Source: an uncultured Verrucomicrobiae bacterium
Lineage (GTDB): Bacteria; Verrucomicrobiota; Verrucomicrobiia; Chthoniobacterales; UBA10450
Length of the DNA: 64,000 nt
Direction: 5' to 3'
Assembly: GCA_963735805.1 (NCBI GenBank)
Contig: CAVTMK010000004.1
Span: forward strand, 224,001-288,000
This document shows, piece after piece, positions 20,588 to 30,202 of this stretch. Both the position numbers and the translations under genes were made by a program. Under the pieces are notes generated by a model that saw only the letters and a program-made list of their open reading frames with translations, was not told the origin of the DNA and did not search any database. Each line of letters begins with the position of its first letter. The stretch's first letter is position 1.

Positions 20588-22048
20588 ATGAATCGCCTGA
20601 TCGTCGTTTCCAATCGATTACCGTTCGCGCTGGATTCGACAGGCGAAGATCTTTGGACCGTTACACCAGCTGCCGGGGGACTCGTTTCTGCGGTGGAACC
20701 GGTGCTGCGCGAACGCGGTGGCACTTGGATCGGCTGGCCGGGAACTGCAGGCAAAATTCCAAAGGGACCTCTTGCCGTCGCTACACGTGACGCCGGTTAC
20801 AAGGTAGTGCCAGTTGCTCTTAGCGAAACCGAACGCGATGAATTTTACTACGGCTACTCAAACGGAGTAATCTGGCCACTGTTTCACGATCTGCAGAATT
20901 TTTGCAATTTCGAGCCGGCATATTGGGAGGCTTACAAGGAAGTTAACGACCATTACGCCGAGGCTATCGCACGCTGCTCGCAACCTGATGACTTCATCTG
21001 GGTACACGATTATCACCTGATGTACGTCGCGCAGGCATTACGCGAGCGAGGCTTACGCGCAGCCTTGACGTTTTTCCTGCACATCCCGTTCCCGCCGTAT
21101 GACATTTTTTCAAAGCTGCCTCAACCGCAGCGGCTATTACGCGCTCTCCTGCAATTCGATCTGCTTGGGTTCCAGACGCGGCGCGACGTTCGAAACTTTC
21201 TCGGATGCGTTCGGCGCGTGATGTCGGATGCGCGGATCGTTCCTCGGCGCGGCCTGCAATTGGTTCGTTTCGAAAAACGCGCAATTCGCGTGGGACATTT
21301 CCCGATTGGGATCGACTTCGATTCGTTTGAAAAAGGCGCCATGTCCGACGTGGTCACGCGCAGATCTCAGAAGCTGCGCGCCACGTTTCCGGATTGCCAG
21401 CTGATCTTGGGCGTGGATCGCCTCGACTATAGCAAGGGAATTCCCGAACGATTGCGCGCATTTCGCAATGCGCTGGAACGCCATCCGGAACTGCGCGGAC
21501 GTGTGGTGCTCATTCAGGTGGTCGTGCCTAGCCGGGTGGAAATTCCCAGATATCACGAGTTCAAGCAACGCATCGATCGCCTTGTCGGCGATATCAACGG
21601 GCGCTTTTCCACCAGCAATTGGTTGCCGGTGCAGTACCATTTTCGCAGCCTCGATCGCGAAAATCTTCTGGCGCACTACCGCGGTTGCGACATTGCTTTC
21701 GTCACCCCGCTCAAGGATGGAATGAATCTGGTGGCTAAGGAATATTGCGCCTGCCGCGCCGACGAAAATGGAGTGCTTATCCTTAGTCATTTCGCCGGCG
21801 CGGCGGAGCAGCTCAAGACCGGTGCAATGCTGGTGAATCCTTACGATGTCGAAGAAATGGCCGACACAATCTCGGAAGGATTCCGAATGAGCGAGACCGA
21901 ACGCAGCGCGCGCATGAAGCGCATGAGGCGCGTGGTGCGCGATGAAAATGTTTTTTGGTGGGTCGATTCGTTTCTTAAAGCCGGAGCAAAGCTCACAGCT
22001 CGCTCATCGCAGGTTGTCAGGCGCCGCAGCGCCACGACTAAATGCTAA
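20588..22048 (+). CDS. otsA: Trehalose-6-phosphate synthase
   Basis: LIVVSNRLP, GGLVSA, WVHDYHL, FLHIPFP, VDRLDYSKG, DGMNLVAKEY. Confidence 0.95.
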   Translation: MNRLIVVSNRLPFALDSTGEDLWTVTPAAGGLVSAVEPVLRERGGTWIGWPGTAGKIPKGPLAVATRDAGYKVVPVALSETERDEFYYGYSNGVIWPLFHDLQNFCNFEPAYWEAYKEVNDHYAEAIARCSQPDDFIWVHDYHLMYVAQALRERGLRAALTFFLHIPFPPYDIFSKLPQPQRLLRALLQFDLLGFQTRRDVRNFLGCVRRVMSDARIVPRRGLQLVRFEKRAIRVGHFPIGIDFDSFEKGAMSDVVTRRSQKLRATFPDCQLILGVDRLDYSKGIPERLRAFRNALERHPELRGRVVLIQVVVPSRVEIPRYHEFKQRIDRLVGDINGRFSTSNWLPVQYHFRSLDRENLLAHYRGCDIAFVTPLKDGMNLVAKEYCACRADENGVLILSHFAGAAEQLKTGAMLVNPYDVEEMADTISEGFRMSETERSARMKRMRRVVRDENVFWWVDSFLKAGAKLTARSSQVVRRRSATTKC

Positions 22049-22116
22049 GAGCTCTTTTGCGGTCTTCATGAACCAGGGGCCCGTTACGCTTGTTTGTGTG
22101 CTCTTCGAGCAAATCG

Positions 22117-22145
22117 GAGATCATTCACTTCGTTGAGGATGACAG
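22117..22145. repeat. REP-like element (GATC..TC.CTTCG.T.AGGATGACA family)
   Basis: GGAGATCATTCACTTCGTTGAGGATGACA; a related copy lies inside the gene at about 58062-58099. Confidence 0.5.
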
Positions 22146-22199
22146 GCGAATACGGAAGGAAGCATCTTGAAAAGGATCTCTTCGTGAGGCGCAAAACGC

Positions 22200-22475
22200 G
22201 TGGCGATCATTGATAAGCTGCAAAAAATCTCCGACACGGTTTGGGAATTGCTGGCGACGTACAAGCGAGGCATGCGCGTACGGGTGCGTATCATTGCGAC
22301 GGAAAAGCTGGTTCGCGAAATGGACGACGCCGTTTACCAGCAGATCAGCAACGTCGCCACGTTGCCCGGGATCACGCGTTACGCGCTCTGCATGCCCGAT
22401 GGCCACAATGGTTATGGATTTCCGATCGGCGGCGTGGCGGCAATGGACGTGGTTTTCGATTGGCAACAAACGTAA
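22200..22475 (+). pseudogene. rtcB: Truncated RtcB RNA ligase (N-terminal ~83 aa only)
   Basis: NVATLPGI...[19 protein letters not shown], then unrelated sequence and a stop; no continuation before the convergent gene. Confidence 0.85.
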
Positions 22476-22554
22476 AACGCGTTGCCTTCTGGCGCGCCGT
22501 GGTGCCCACGGGCGATCAGTCACCGCCTCACCTTCCCGCAAAACAATTTAGCTA

Positions 22555-22584
22555 CCGCTGCGCGAATGCGGCTTCGGGCAGCGG
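22555..22584. terminator. GC-rich hairpin between convergent genes
   Basis: CCGCTGC-G-CGAA...TTCG-G-GCAGCGG; no clear U-tract. Confidence 0.4.
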
Positions 22585-22619
22585 ATCATGGATGACTAGA
22601 AATTGGAGCCTCGCGCCGA

Positions 22620-24296
22620 TCACGGCGGGGTAGGACGCGGGTGTGGCGTCGGACGCGGCCGCGGTGTTGCTCTTGGTGTGGCCGTGGGTGGCGGAGTGGG
22701 TGTGACACTCGGCGTAGCTGTCGGCGTCACCGTAACGGTGGGCGTTGGTGTCGGGGTTGTCGGCGTGGCTGTTGGAGTTGCTGTGGGCGTTGGCGTGGGC
22801 GTAGTAATCGGCGTAGCAGTGGGCGTTGGCGTGGGCGTGGGAGTTGGCCCTCCTCCTGCGCAGAAGATCTCCGTCGACATCAATGGTGTGATGCCGTCAA
22901 TGTCGTAGCCACCTGACAACACAATTCTGGTCGTACCGTCGGTGTCAGTGGGGAAATTTCGACGTGCATTAACGAACGGATCGCCGGTTGTCCAAGAGTT
23001 CGTGCCCGGATCGTAGATATCCACCTCGTTGGAAGGATTGGGCGCCACCCGGCCTCCGCCGATCACATACATCTGATCATTGAAGTTCAGCCCTCGGGTC
23101 TCCCCTGTCGCCCTCGGTATTGCTGCGATGGTACCAATGGTGTTCGCCACCGGATCGAAACTGAACGAGTTGGTGGTGTCCACCACTGTAGCACCCTGGA
23201 AATCCGATGCACCGCCTACATAGATGATGCCGTTTATGGTGCACGTAGGCGCATACATGATCCCTTCAGGCGTGTTCACCTTTTGTGTCCACCTGGAGCC
23301 TGCCGCAGCATTTGGATCAAACTCCCAGATCTCGTTTGTGGAAGCCACGTTGATGTCAAACCCGCCGAGGATGTATAGCTTGTTGTTGGCCACTGCAAAG
23401 CCACCAGGCAGAATTGTGCCCGCAGCATCGCCAGGCCAATCGTCCGTGCCAAGGAGGGCCGGCGTATCGGTGGCTGGATCGTAAGTGAACACGCGAGCGG
23501 TGGCGGTGGTATTTCCGGCTGCCGAACCGCCCACGCAATAGATCAAAGGCGTCCCTGAAACAGTGAGCACGCCACAAGCCATGTTGTTCATCTGATTGTC
23601 AGGCAACGTCGAAGCCATCTGGGTCCAGGCGTTGGAGTTGGGATTGTACTGAAGCACGTGCTGGAAATCATCGCCCGCATTATCTGAGATACGGCCACCC
23701 ACGGTGTAGAAGTTGCCGTCGGCCTGGAAATGAACCCCAACCGCTCTGACCAGCACAGTTGGCATGTCCGGACCTGCTGACCAACCCGATGGCGCGCAAC
23801 CACCCGAAACATTGACCACGCCAGTCATGCCAATGATGCAATGCGCGTGGCAGAAGTAAGAATAAACGCCGGGCTCCGTAAACGTGTGCTCATAGACCGT
23901 GCCTATGTTGGAAAGAACTCCCGCTGGGCAGTTCGTATCGTCAGGCGAACAGAATTGGGAATCAACATCGCATGGAGGGCCACTGGTGACACTGTGGCCG
24001 CTCTCGGCCCAGGTCCATCGCACGGTATCGCCTACAGAGATGTTGACTGAGTCAGGCACAAAGACATCGCCACCTTTCCCCACTGCTACATCAAAGATTT
24101 GGCCGCCACCCGTCGGCACGCCACTCACGGCTGTTCGTCCGTTTTGATCCACAATGCGGATCCCTGGGGTAGCGGGATTTTTCTGTTGCGTCGTGGCGAG
24201 ATGTTTGTTGCCCGGTTCAGCTTGCGATGAAAATACAATCGCGAAGATCGTCGCAAGGAAAAAAGTCGCCCTGACTACTGTGTTAAATCGTTTCAT
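22620..24296 (-). CDS. Secreted cupredoxin (plastocyanin-like) + Kelch-repeat protein with PT linker and PRPTP tail
   Basis: Signal peptide; VGDTVRW..GHSV...YFCHAHCIIGMTG type-1 Cu ligands; Kelch GG/W blades; ends [15 protein letters not shown]. Confidence 0.88.
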   Translation of the reverse strand: MKRFNTVVRATFFLATIFAIVFSSQAEPGNKHLATTQQKNPATPGIRIVDQNGRTAVSGVPTGGGQIFDVAVGKGGDVFVPDSVNISVGDTVRWTWAESGHSVTSGPPCDVDSQFCSPDDTNCPAGVLSNIGTVYEHTFTEPGVYSYFCHAHCIIGMTGVVNVSGGCAPSGWSAGPDMPTVLVRAVGVHFQADGNFYTVGGRISDNAGDDFQHVLQYNPNSNAWTQMASTLPDNQMNNMACGVLTVSGTPLIYCVGGSAAGNTTATARVFTYDPATDTPALLGTDDWPGDAAGTILPGGFAVANNKLYILGGFDINVASTNEIWEFDPNAAAGSRWTQKVNTPEGIMYAPTCTINGIIYVGGASDFQGATVVDTTNSFSFDPVANTIGTIAAIPRATGETRGLNFNDQMYVIGGGRVAPNPSNEVDIYDPGTNSWTTGDPFVNARRNFPTDTDGTTRIVLSGGYDIDGITPLMSTEIFCAGGGPTPTPTPTPTATPITTPTPTPTATPTATPTTPTPTPTVTVTPTATPSVTPTPPPTATPRATPRPRPTPHPRPTPP

Positions 24297-24517
24297 GGTT
24301 TTATTCTTTCTTTTGCGCGCCAGCGTTTGGGATTTTCTTTAAAATCGACCGAACCGTAGCTGGTGCTCTGCGATTCAGCGGTGGAGGGCGCGATATTGCG
24401 CAGGGATTCAAAAGAACGGCAAGCAAAATTTCTTGTTCAAAGGCCATTTCTGAAGACAGGCCTTGGCAAAAAAGTAACAAAACTGTTACCTTTCCCGCGA
24501 GAAGCGACGGCGTGTGC

Positions 24518-24541
24518 TGGAGCTGGGGTCGCCGACCCTGG
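24518..24541 (+). repeat. REP-like element (TGTAGCCG.GGTCGCTGACC family)
   Basis: TGGAGCTGGGGTCGCCGACCCTGG; inverted partner at 24936-24959. Confidence 0.6.
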
Positions 24542-24571
24542 TTGACTGATCACTACCCCTTAGATCACAGC

Positions 24572-24767
24572 CTACCGTGGAGTCGGGCGAACGCGTGGAG
24601 TTGGACGCGGCCTGGGGGTTGGTCCACATCTGCCCGTGCATGGCGCAGGACTAGGCGTTGGTGTTGGACCCGATTGCGCGGAGTATCTCCCACCGGTGTT
24701 AGAGGGGCTGAGGTCGTCAGTTCCGCCCCAGACGGAAGCCAGATGGAGACGCGGATTTCTTTTTCAT
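24572..24767 (-). pseudogene. Internally deleted Kelch/PRPTP-tail gene
   Basis: ATG 24767 gives MKKKSASPSGF, joined 1 nt out of frame to [57 protein letters not shown] (24733-24572). Confidence 0.75.
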
Positions 24768-24819
24768 GATCAGAAGTGCCGCGGATCCAAGAGAGTGGAG
24801 GGCGGATTCGCGAGCGCCG

Positions 24820-24848
24820 ATGTTAAGTGAAACGCGTCCGCGTGTCAA
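24820..24848 (-). promoter_or_regulatory. sigma70-type promoter of the collapsed gene
   Basis: TTGACA-N17-TAACAT on minus strand. Confidence 0.6.
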
Positions 24849-24935
24849 CGTCTCGCGATTCACGGCTCGATTGAATCGTGAGACTGCGACACAAACGCAA
24901 ATGTTCGCAATACTTTGCGACAGGAGCACACACAG

Positions 24936-24959
24936 CCGCGGTCAGCGACCACGGCTACA
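24936..24959 (-). repeat. REP-like element
   Basis: Minus strand TGTAGCCGTGGTCGCTGACCGCGG; 21/24 identical to 60181-60204. Confidence 0.65.
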
Positions 24960-24978
24960 GGTGATCACCGATTGCTAG

Positions 24979-25851
24979 CTAGTGCGGTAATGTGGGTCGA
25001 GGGTGTGGAGTCGGGCGGGGTCTCGGGGTCACTCTCGGTGTAGCCGTAGGCGTTGAGGTTGGGCTTGGTGTGGTGGTAGGAGTCGGTGTGACCGTCGGAG
25101 TAGGCGTGGCAGTCGGCGTCGGCGTGATGGTTGGGGTTGGCGTTGGGCCTGCCTGAAAGCCGATTTCGATATTGTCGATCCCGAGTATCCAAGTGCCCAG
25201 ACTGGGATAAGCGAATCCAGGCTTGTAAAAGCCAATGCTGGTCAAATCAACGCGATGAAGAAACGGAGACCATTCTGCGTCCGTACCAGGCGTGCCGTCG
25301 CCGTGGGTGAACACCCATCCCTGCGGGATTGTCGGTGAATTGGCATCGACGGGGAACGAATATGTCTGCCAGCCTATGGGTGGCTCAGGAAGGTCAGGTA
25401 ACGTATATGTTGCGTCGTAAGTGACGTTAAAGCCAGTGTCATCCATTTGTAACAACTCGAGCGTGACTGCGCGATCGGTCGCCCAAGTGGCAACTTGAAT
25501 GACGTTCAGGTCGACAATTAGGCTGGTAACACCGAGGGTGGTCCAATCGCCGGTGTAGATACTGTCAATCTTGTATAGATCGGGGAATCCCGGTTGAAAA
25601 CGCGTCGAGATGCTCGCCCATGTCGGGATGGAGCTGCTGAAGCCACCCTGCTGAAGATAAGCTCCTGGATTTCCGCCACTGGTTTCAATTATTCGTGGCA
25701 CGCCCGTACTGCAATGCCATAAACCGACATCGGTCTGATCATCGTAGGTTTCGACAAACGTATTGGTCTCGCCGCCGTTGGCTGCCCCAAGCGTAGCTGC
25801 ACTGATCACGACGAAGAGAAATGTTGCTAGTAATTTTGTCATATTTTTCAT
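24979..25851 (-). CDS. Secreted beta-rich protein of unknown family with PT linker and PRPTP tail
   Basis: Signal peptide; SGGNPGAYL; ends [16 protein letters not shown]. Confidence 0.8.
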   Translation of the reverse strand: MKNMTKLLATFLFVVISAATLGAANGGETNTFVETYDDQTDVGLWHCSTGVPRIIETSGGNPGAYLQQGGFSSSIPTWASISTRFQPGFPDLYKIDSIYTGDWTTLGVTSLIVDLNVIQVATWATDRAVTLELLQMDDTGFNVTYDATYTLPDLPEPPIGWQTYSFPVDANSPTIPQGWVFTHGDGTPGTDAEWSPFLHRVDLTSIGFYKPGFAYPSLGTWILGIDNIEIGFQAGPTPTPTITPTPTATPTPTVTPTPTTTPSPTSTPTATPRVTPRPRPTPHPRPTLPH

Positions 25852-25932
25852 GTTACCTCGCAGGTTTGAGTTTCAAGGCTAAAGCGTTGTCTCAAAAAGT
25901 CGTGTTTTTCAGTGGCCCCACGTCACATTACA

Positions 25933-27981
25933 TTATTGTGGCGGTGTTGGGCGAGGTCGCGGAGTCGGGCGGGGCCTTGGAGTAGTTCTCGGTGTAGCAG
26001 TGGGTGTAGGACTGACTGTTGGGGTTGGGGTAGGACCCTGAGCAGTTGTTCTTAGAATCGCCCCAAAGCCGCCGACTGCGTTTCCGGTGTTTGTCTCAGT
26101 TAATGAAACGTTATAAAGATCCTGATTCGTGCCGCTTTCCTGGGGTGCCCAGGTCTGTCCTCCATCAGTTGTTCTTACGACTGTGCCGAGTTGTCCGACC
26201 GCTGCTCCATTAAGTGGATCGGCGAAAGAGACACCTAGAAGAGTTTCAGACACGCCACTGACCTCGCTAACCCAGTTCTGTCCTCCATCTGTGGTTCGCA
26301 AAATGGTGCCCTGATCACCTACGATTATACCTGTGTTGGTGTCTGCAAACCAAACGGCTCGTAGCTGGTTGTTTGTTCCAGCGTTTTGTGGGACCCAGTT
26401 TTGGCCGCCGTCGGTCGTTCTAAGAATTACACTTTCGCCGGTAACTCCGCCCACGACTGTGCCAGTATTAAGATCGCTAAAGTAAACTCCAAACAATCCG
26501 CTCGTTGTGCCACTGATCTGCGGTACCCAACTTTCTCCGCCGTCCGTGGTTTTGAGAATTGTCCCGTTAAGGAATCCAACAACTGTTCCATTATTTTCAT
26601 CGATAAAATGGACTCCATAAAGCCAATCCGTAGTGTTGCTCGTCTGTTGTTCCCAGTTATTACCACCATCGGTTGTCCTCAGAATGATGCCATCCTGGCC
26701 TACGATGGTTCCAATGTTGGAACTGATGAAGTGCACTCCGAAAAGATTGATCCCGGCAAAGGGATCGCTCACTCCACTGTTTTGCCGGACCCAGGAGTTA
26801 CCACCGTCGGTTGTCCTTAAAATCATGGCGTCGGGATTCTCATAGCCTACAGCAGTTCCGGTGTTCGCATCGGTAAACGAAACACCATACAAGAAATTGA
26901 ATGTCACGCTCGGCTGGCTGTTCCATTGCTCTCCACCATTTGTGGTCTGGAGAATGATGCCCGCGTCGCCAACGATTGTCGCCCTGTTCGGATCGGTGGA
27001 GGACACATCAAAGAAACCGCTTGCGCCTTGAGGGAGCGAGTAATTCGTCTGCTCAACCCAGCTGCTTCCTCCATCCGTTGTTCTGAGAATTATACCAGTG
27101 CCGCTTATTTCGAATCCGGCAATAGTCCCGTTGTTTTGATCGGTAAACGAGACACCGGAAAGAGTTTTAGTTGTTCCGCTAACCTGCGGCGACCAGTTAT
27201 CACCACCGTCGGTCGTCCTGAGAATCAGGCCTCCATCGCCCACCGCAGTCCCAGTATTGGCATCGGTAAACGAAACATCGAACAGACACGTCGTTCCTGG
27301 ACTGGGCTGTGTAACCCAGTGTTGTCCTCCATCAGTTGTTCTAACAACCGTGCTTTCCCCGTTGATCGCGCAATCGCCACCCACTGCGGTTCCTGTATTC
27401 GCATCGATAAAGGAAACACCGAAAAGGAAATTCTCGGTCCCGCTCGATTGAGGAAGCCAGCTGGTTCCGCCGTCTGTCGTCCTCAGAATGGTGCCCGCGT
27501 CACCGACAGCTGTTCCGTTATTCGCGTCGGTAAAGGAAACGCCACGAAGCTGCAGAGTTGTGCCACTTGTCTCCGTGACCCAATGATCACCTCCGTCTGT
27601 TGTTCCAACGATGGTGCCGCCTTCGCCGACAGCGGTTCCATTATTTACATCTGTGAACGAAACGTCCCACAAGGTTTGTGTGGAACCGCTCGCCTGAATT
27701 GTCCAGCTGTTCCCGCCATCTGTGGTCCTGACGATTGTACCCTTCTCGCCTACTACGGTGCCAGTGTTGGTATCCACAAAGGAAGCGCCGCGGAGATTGT
27801 TTCCCTGAGGTAGAGGATTTTGCCAAACCCATTGGGAACTTGGTTCGCCACCTGTGACTTTGCTTGAGTTGGTAAGCGCCGCTCCGCTTTGAGCTTGTCC
27901 GGTGTGGAGGGCGAGCACGAGCCCGCAGACGACTGCAAGGCTCAACACAGTTATAGCGAATCTAGGATTTGTTACTCTCAT
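25933..27981 (-). CDS. Secreted YCF48-like/BNR double beta-propeller with PRPTP tail
   Basis: WVWQNPLPQGN then about 14 repeats LxxVSFTDANTGTAVGxxGTILRTTDGGxxW; ends [16 protein letters not shown]. Confidence 0.9.
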   Translation of the reverse strand: MRVTNPRFAITVLSLAVVCGLVLALHTGQAQSGAALTNSSKVTGGEPSSQWVWQNPLPQGNNLRGASFVDTNTGTVVGEKGTIVRTTDGGNSWTIQASGSTQTLWDVSFTDVNNGTAVGEGGTIVGTTDGGDHWVTETSGTTLQLRGVSFTDANNGTAVGDAGTILRTTDGGTSWLPQSSGTENFLFGVSFIDANTGTAVGGDCAINGESTVVRTTDGGQHWVTQPSPGTTCLFDVSFTDANTGTAVGDGGLILRTTDGGDNWSPQVSGTTKTLSGVSFTDQNNGTIAGFEISGTGIILRTTDGGSSWVEQTNYSLPQGASGFFDVSSTDPNRATIVGDAGIILQTTNGGEQWNSQPSVTFNFLYGVSFTDANTGTAVGYENPDAMILRTTDGGNSWVRQNSGVSDPFAGINLFGVHFISSNIGTIVGQDGIILRTTDGGNNWEQQTSNTTDWLYGVHFIDENNGTVVGFLNGTILKTTDGGESWVPQISGTTSGLFGVYFSDLNTGTVVGGVTGESVILRTTDGGQNWVPQNAGTNNQLRAVWFADTNTGIIVGDQGTILRTTDGGQNWVSEVSGVSETLLGVSFADPLNGAAVGQLGTVVRTTDGGQTWAPQESGTNQDLYNVSLTETNTGNAVGGFGAILRTTAQGPTPTPTVSPTPTATPRTTPRPRPTPRPRPTPPQ

Positions 27982-28197
27982 AGGTCTATTAGTATTATTT
28001 GTTAGGATTTGTGGTTTAGTTGTTAACTGGCTGACAATTGTAGCTTCTGCGGCGCTATCGATTTAGATGGAAAGACGGCGAGGTTTCATAAGCAACACCC
28101 GGCAGAGATTCGCAAATCCCTGGCCGCAACCGTTTCTTAGATCTCTCAAGAGTGCCCATCGATCCCTCACGCCCTTTGGAGTGTACGAACGCTTGTT

Positions 28198-30168
28198 TTA
28201 GTGCGGCGGCGTAGGGCGCGGTCTCGGCGTGGGGCGCGGCCGAGGAGTTGCTCGAGGCGTGGCGCTAGGGGTTGCGGTGGGTGTTGGCGTTGGAGTTGGC
28301 CCGGATCCTGTTCTTCTAAGGATCGTGCCCATGTCGCCAACGGCGGTACCTACATTAGCATCGGTAAAAGAGACGTCGTACAAAATATTGAAGGTACCAC
28401 TGTCTTGTCCAATCCAGTTGCTTCCTCCATCTGTCGTCCTGACGATTGTGCCTCCTTCACCAACGGCAGTTCCATTATTTGCGTCAGAAAATGAAACGTC
28501 CCAGAGGTGGTCAGTTGTTCCGCTATTTTGAACCACCCAGTGGCTGCCCCCATCGGTGGTTTTGAGGATCGTACCGCTATTCCCAACCACTGTGCCGATG
28601 TTAGCGTTTGGAAACGCGACTCCGTGAAGAGGAACTGTAGTTCCACTTGCTTGCGCACCCCAGCTGCTTCCTCCGTTGGTTGTCCTTAAGATTGTTCCGG
28701 TGAAGCCAACGGCCGTCCCGTTATTAGGATCACTGAACGAAACTCCAAAGAGGAAATTTGTCGTGCCGCTTATTTGCGTGTTCCAATGACTGCCGCCATC
28801 TGTTGTATTGAGGATAGTACCTTCTGCCCCAACGGCCGTTCCTGTGTTTGCATCTGCAAAAGAAACTCCAAACAGCAGATTGGTTGTTCCGCTTACCTGG
28901 CTATTCCACCCATTTCCTCCGTTGGTTGTTCTGAGAATAGTACCGCCTTCACCAACTACAGTTCCCGTGTTCGCATCAGTAAAAACAACCTCGTTAAGTT
29001 GACTGGCTGTTCCGCTCGTTTGGTTAATCCAGCTATTTCCTCCGTCTGTCGTTCTGAGAATCGTTCCAGAAGCCCCAACAGCAGTACCTGTATTTAGATC
29101 GGTGAATGTCACTCCGTAGAGGGTCTGATTTGTACCACGGGTCTGAGTGATCCAGTTAGATCCCCCGTCAGTAGTTGTCAGGATTTCTCCTGCAAAGCCG
29201 ACTATGATACCATTGTTCGCGTCTACAAAAGAGACCCCGTAAAGTATTTGCAAACTTCCGCTTGTCTGACTGATCCAATGATCTCCTCCATCTGTCGTTC
29301 TGAGTATTAAACCGACAGGACCAATAGCCGTCCCGGTATTTGAATCTGTGAAGGAAACGTCGTGAAGATCAGAGGGAATTGGACTGTTTTGACTGAACCA
29401 GTGGTTCCCGCCATCCGTCGTCCTAAGAATGGTGCTGTTGGACCCAACAGTAGTGCCCGTATTGGCATCCGTGAAAGAAACTCCATTAAGGTTATTTAAT
29501 GTGTCGCTTGTTTGACTGACCCAGTTGGTCCCTCCGTTTGTGGTTCTGAGAATTGTACCATTGTCGCCGACTGCAGTGCCATTATCTGTGTCTGTGAAAG
29601 ACACGTCATTAAGAAAACTGGTTGTTCCACTAGCTTGATTTGTCCAGTTTGCGCCAGCGTCTGTGGTTCTTAGGATTAAGCCATCTGAACCTACCGCAGT
29701 ACCGTTGTTCGCGTCCGTAAAGGAAACGCCAAACAGGACGTCGGTATTTCCGTCTCTCTGAATCGTCCAATGATTTCCTGCGTCTGTTGTTCTTAGAATG
29801 GCTCCAAAATTGCCTACAACTGTTCCGATATTGGAATCCGCAAAAGAAACGCCATAAAGATCGTCGTTCGTATCGCTCGAAAGAATATCCCAACTGTTTC
29901 CTCCATCCGTTGTTCTGACGATTGTGCCACGGGCTCCAACTGCAAATCCGTTATTTGTATCTATAAAGGAGAAATCCTGTAACGTGTTACCTTGTGGTAG
30001 CGGGTTTTGCCAGACCCATTGACGACTTGATGAACCAGCTGTGATTTTGGTCGACAGACTCGCTGCGAGGCGGCTTTCAGCGTGTCCGATGTGGATAGGT
30101 AATATCAGGGTGCAAAGACCAGTAAGACTCAAGATAAAACAAGGAATGTTCAGGCGCGTAACTTTCAT
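28198..30168 (-). CDS. Secreted YCF48-like/BNR double beta-propeller with PRPTP tail
   Basis: Start MKVTRLNIP at 30168 (parallels MRVTNPRF of the paralogue); 14 x 41-aa repeats; ends [16 protein letters not shown]. Confidence 0.9.
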   Translation of the reverse strand: MKVTRLNIPCFILSLTGLCTLILPIHIGHAESRLAASLSTKITAGSSSRQWVWQNPLPQGNTLQDFSFIDTNNGFAVGARGTIVRTTDGGNSWDILSSDTNDDLYGVSFADSNIGTVVGNFGAILRTTDAGNHWTIQRDGNTDVLFGVSFTDANNGTAVGSDGLILRTTDAGANWTNQASGTTSFLNDVSFTDTDNGTAVGDNGTILRTTNGGTNWVSQTSDTLNNLNGVSFTDANTGTTVGSNSTILRTTDGGNHWFSQNSPIPSDLHDVSFTDSNTGTAIGPVGLILRTTDGGDHWISQTSGSLQILYGVSFVDANNGIIVGFAGEILTTTDGGSNWITQTRGTNQTLYGVTFTDLNTGTAVGASGTILRTTDGGNSWINQTSGTASQLNEVVFTDANTGTVVGEGGTILRTTNGGNGWNSQVSGTTNLLFGVSFADANTGTAVGAEGTILNTTDGGSHWNTQISGTTNFLFGVSFSDPNNGTAVGFTGTILRTTNGGSSWGAQASGTTVPLHGVAFPNANIGTVVGNSGTILKTTDGGSHWVVQNSGTTDHLWDVSFSDANNGTAVGEGGTIVRTTDGGSNWIGQDSGTFNILYDVSFTDANVGTAVGDMGTILRRTGSGPTPTPTPTATPSATPRATPRPRPTPRPRPTPPH

Positions 30169-30202
30169 GTTTCTTGCCAGGAATCGGTGACTAGCTTGCG
30201 TA

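Noticed and set aside
28111..28126. Possible sigma54 site upstream of the 27981 gene (CGGCCAGGGATTTGCG)
   Set aside because: Only GG-N10-GC matches; the -24 element is poor.
25933..30168. Periodic ~123-bp DNA repeats as a possible CRISPR array
   Set aside because: Degenerate in-frame protein repeats; no identical repeat/unique spacer pattern and no cas genes.
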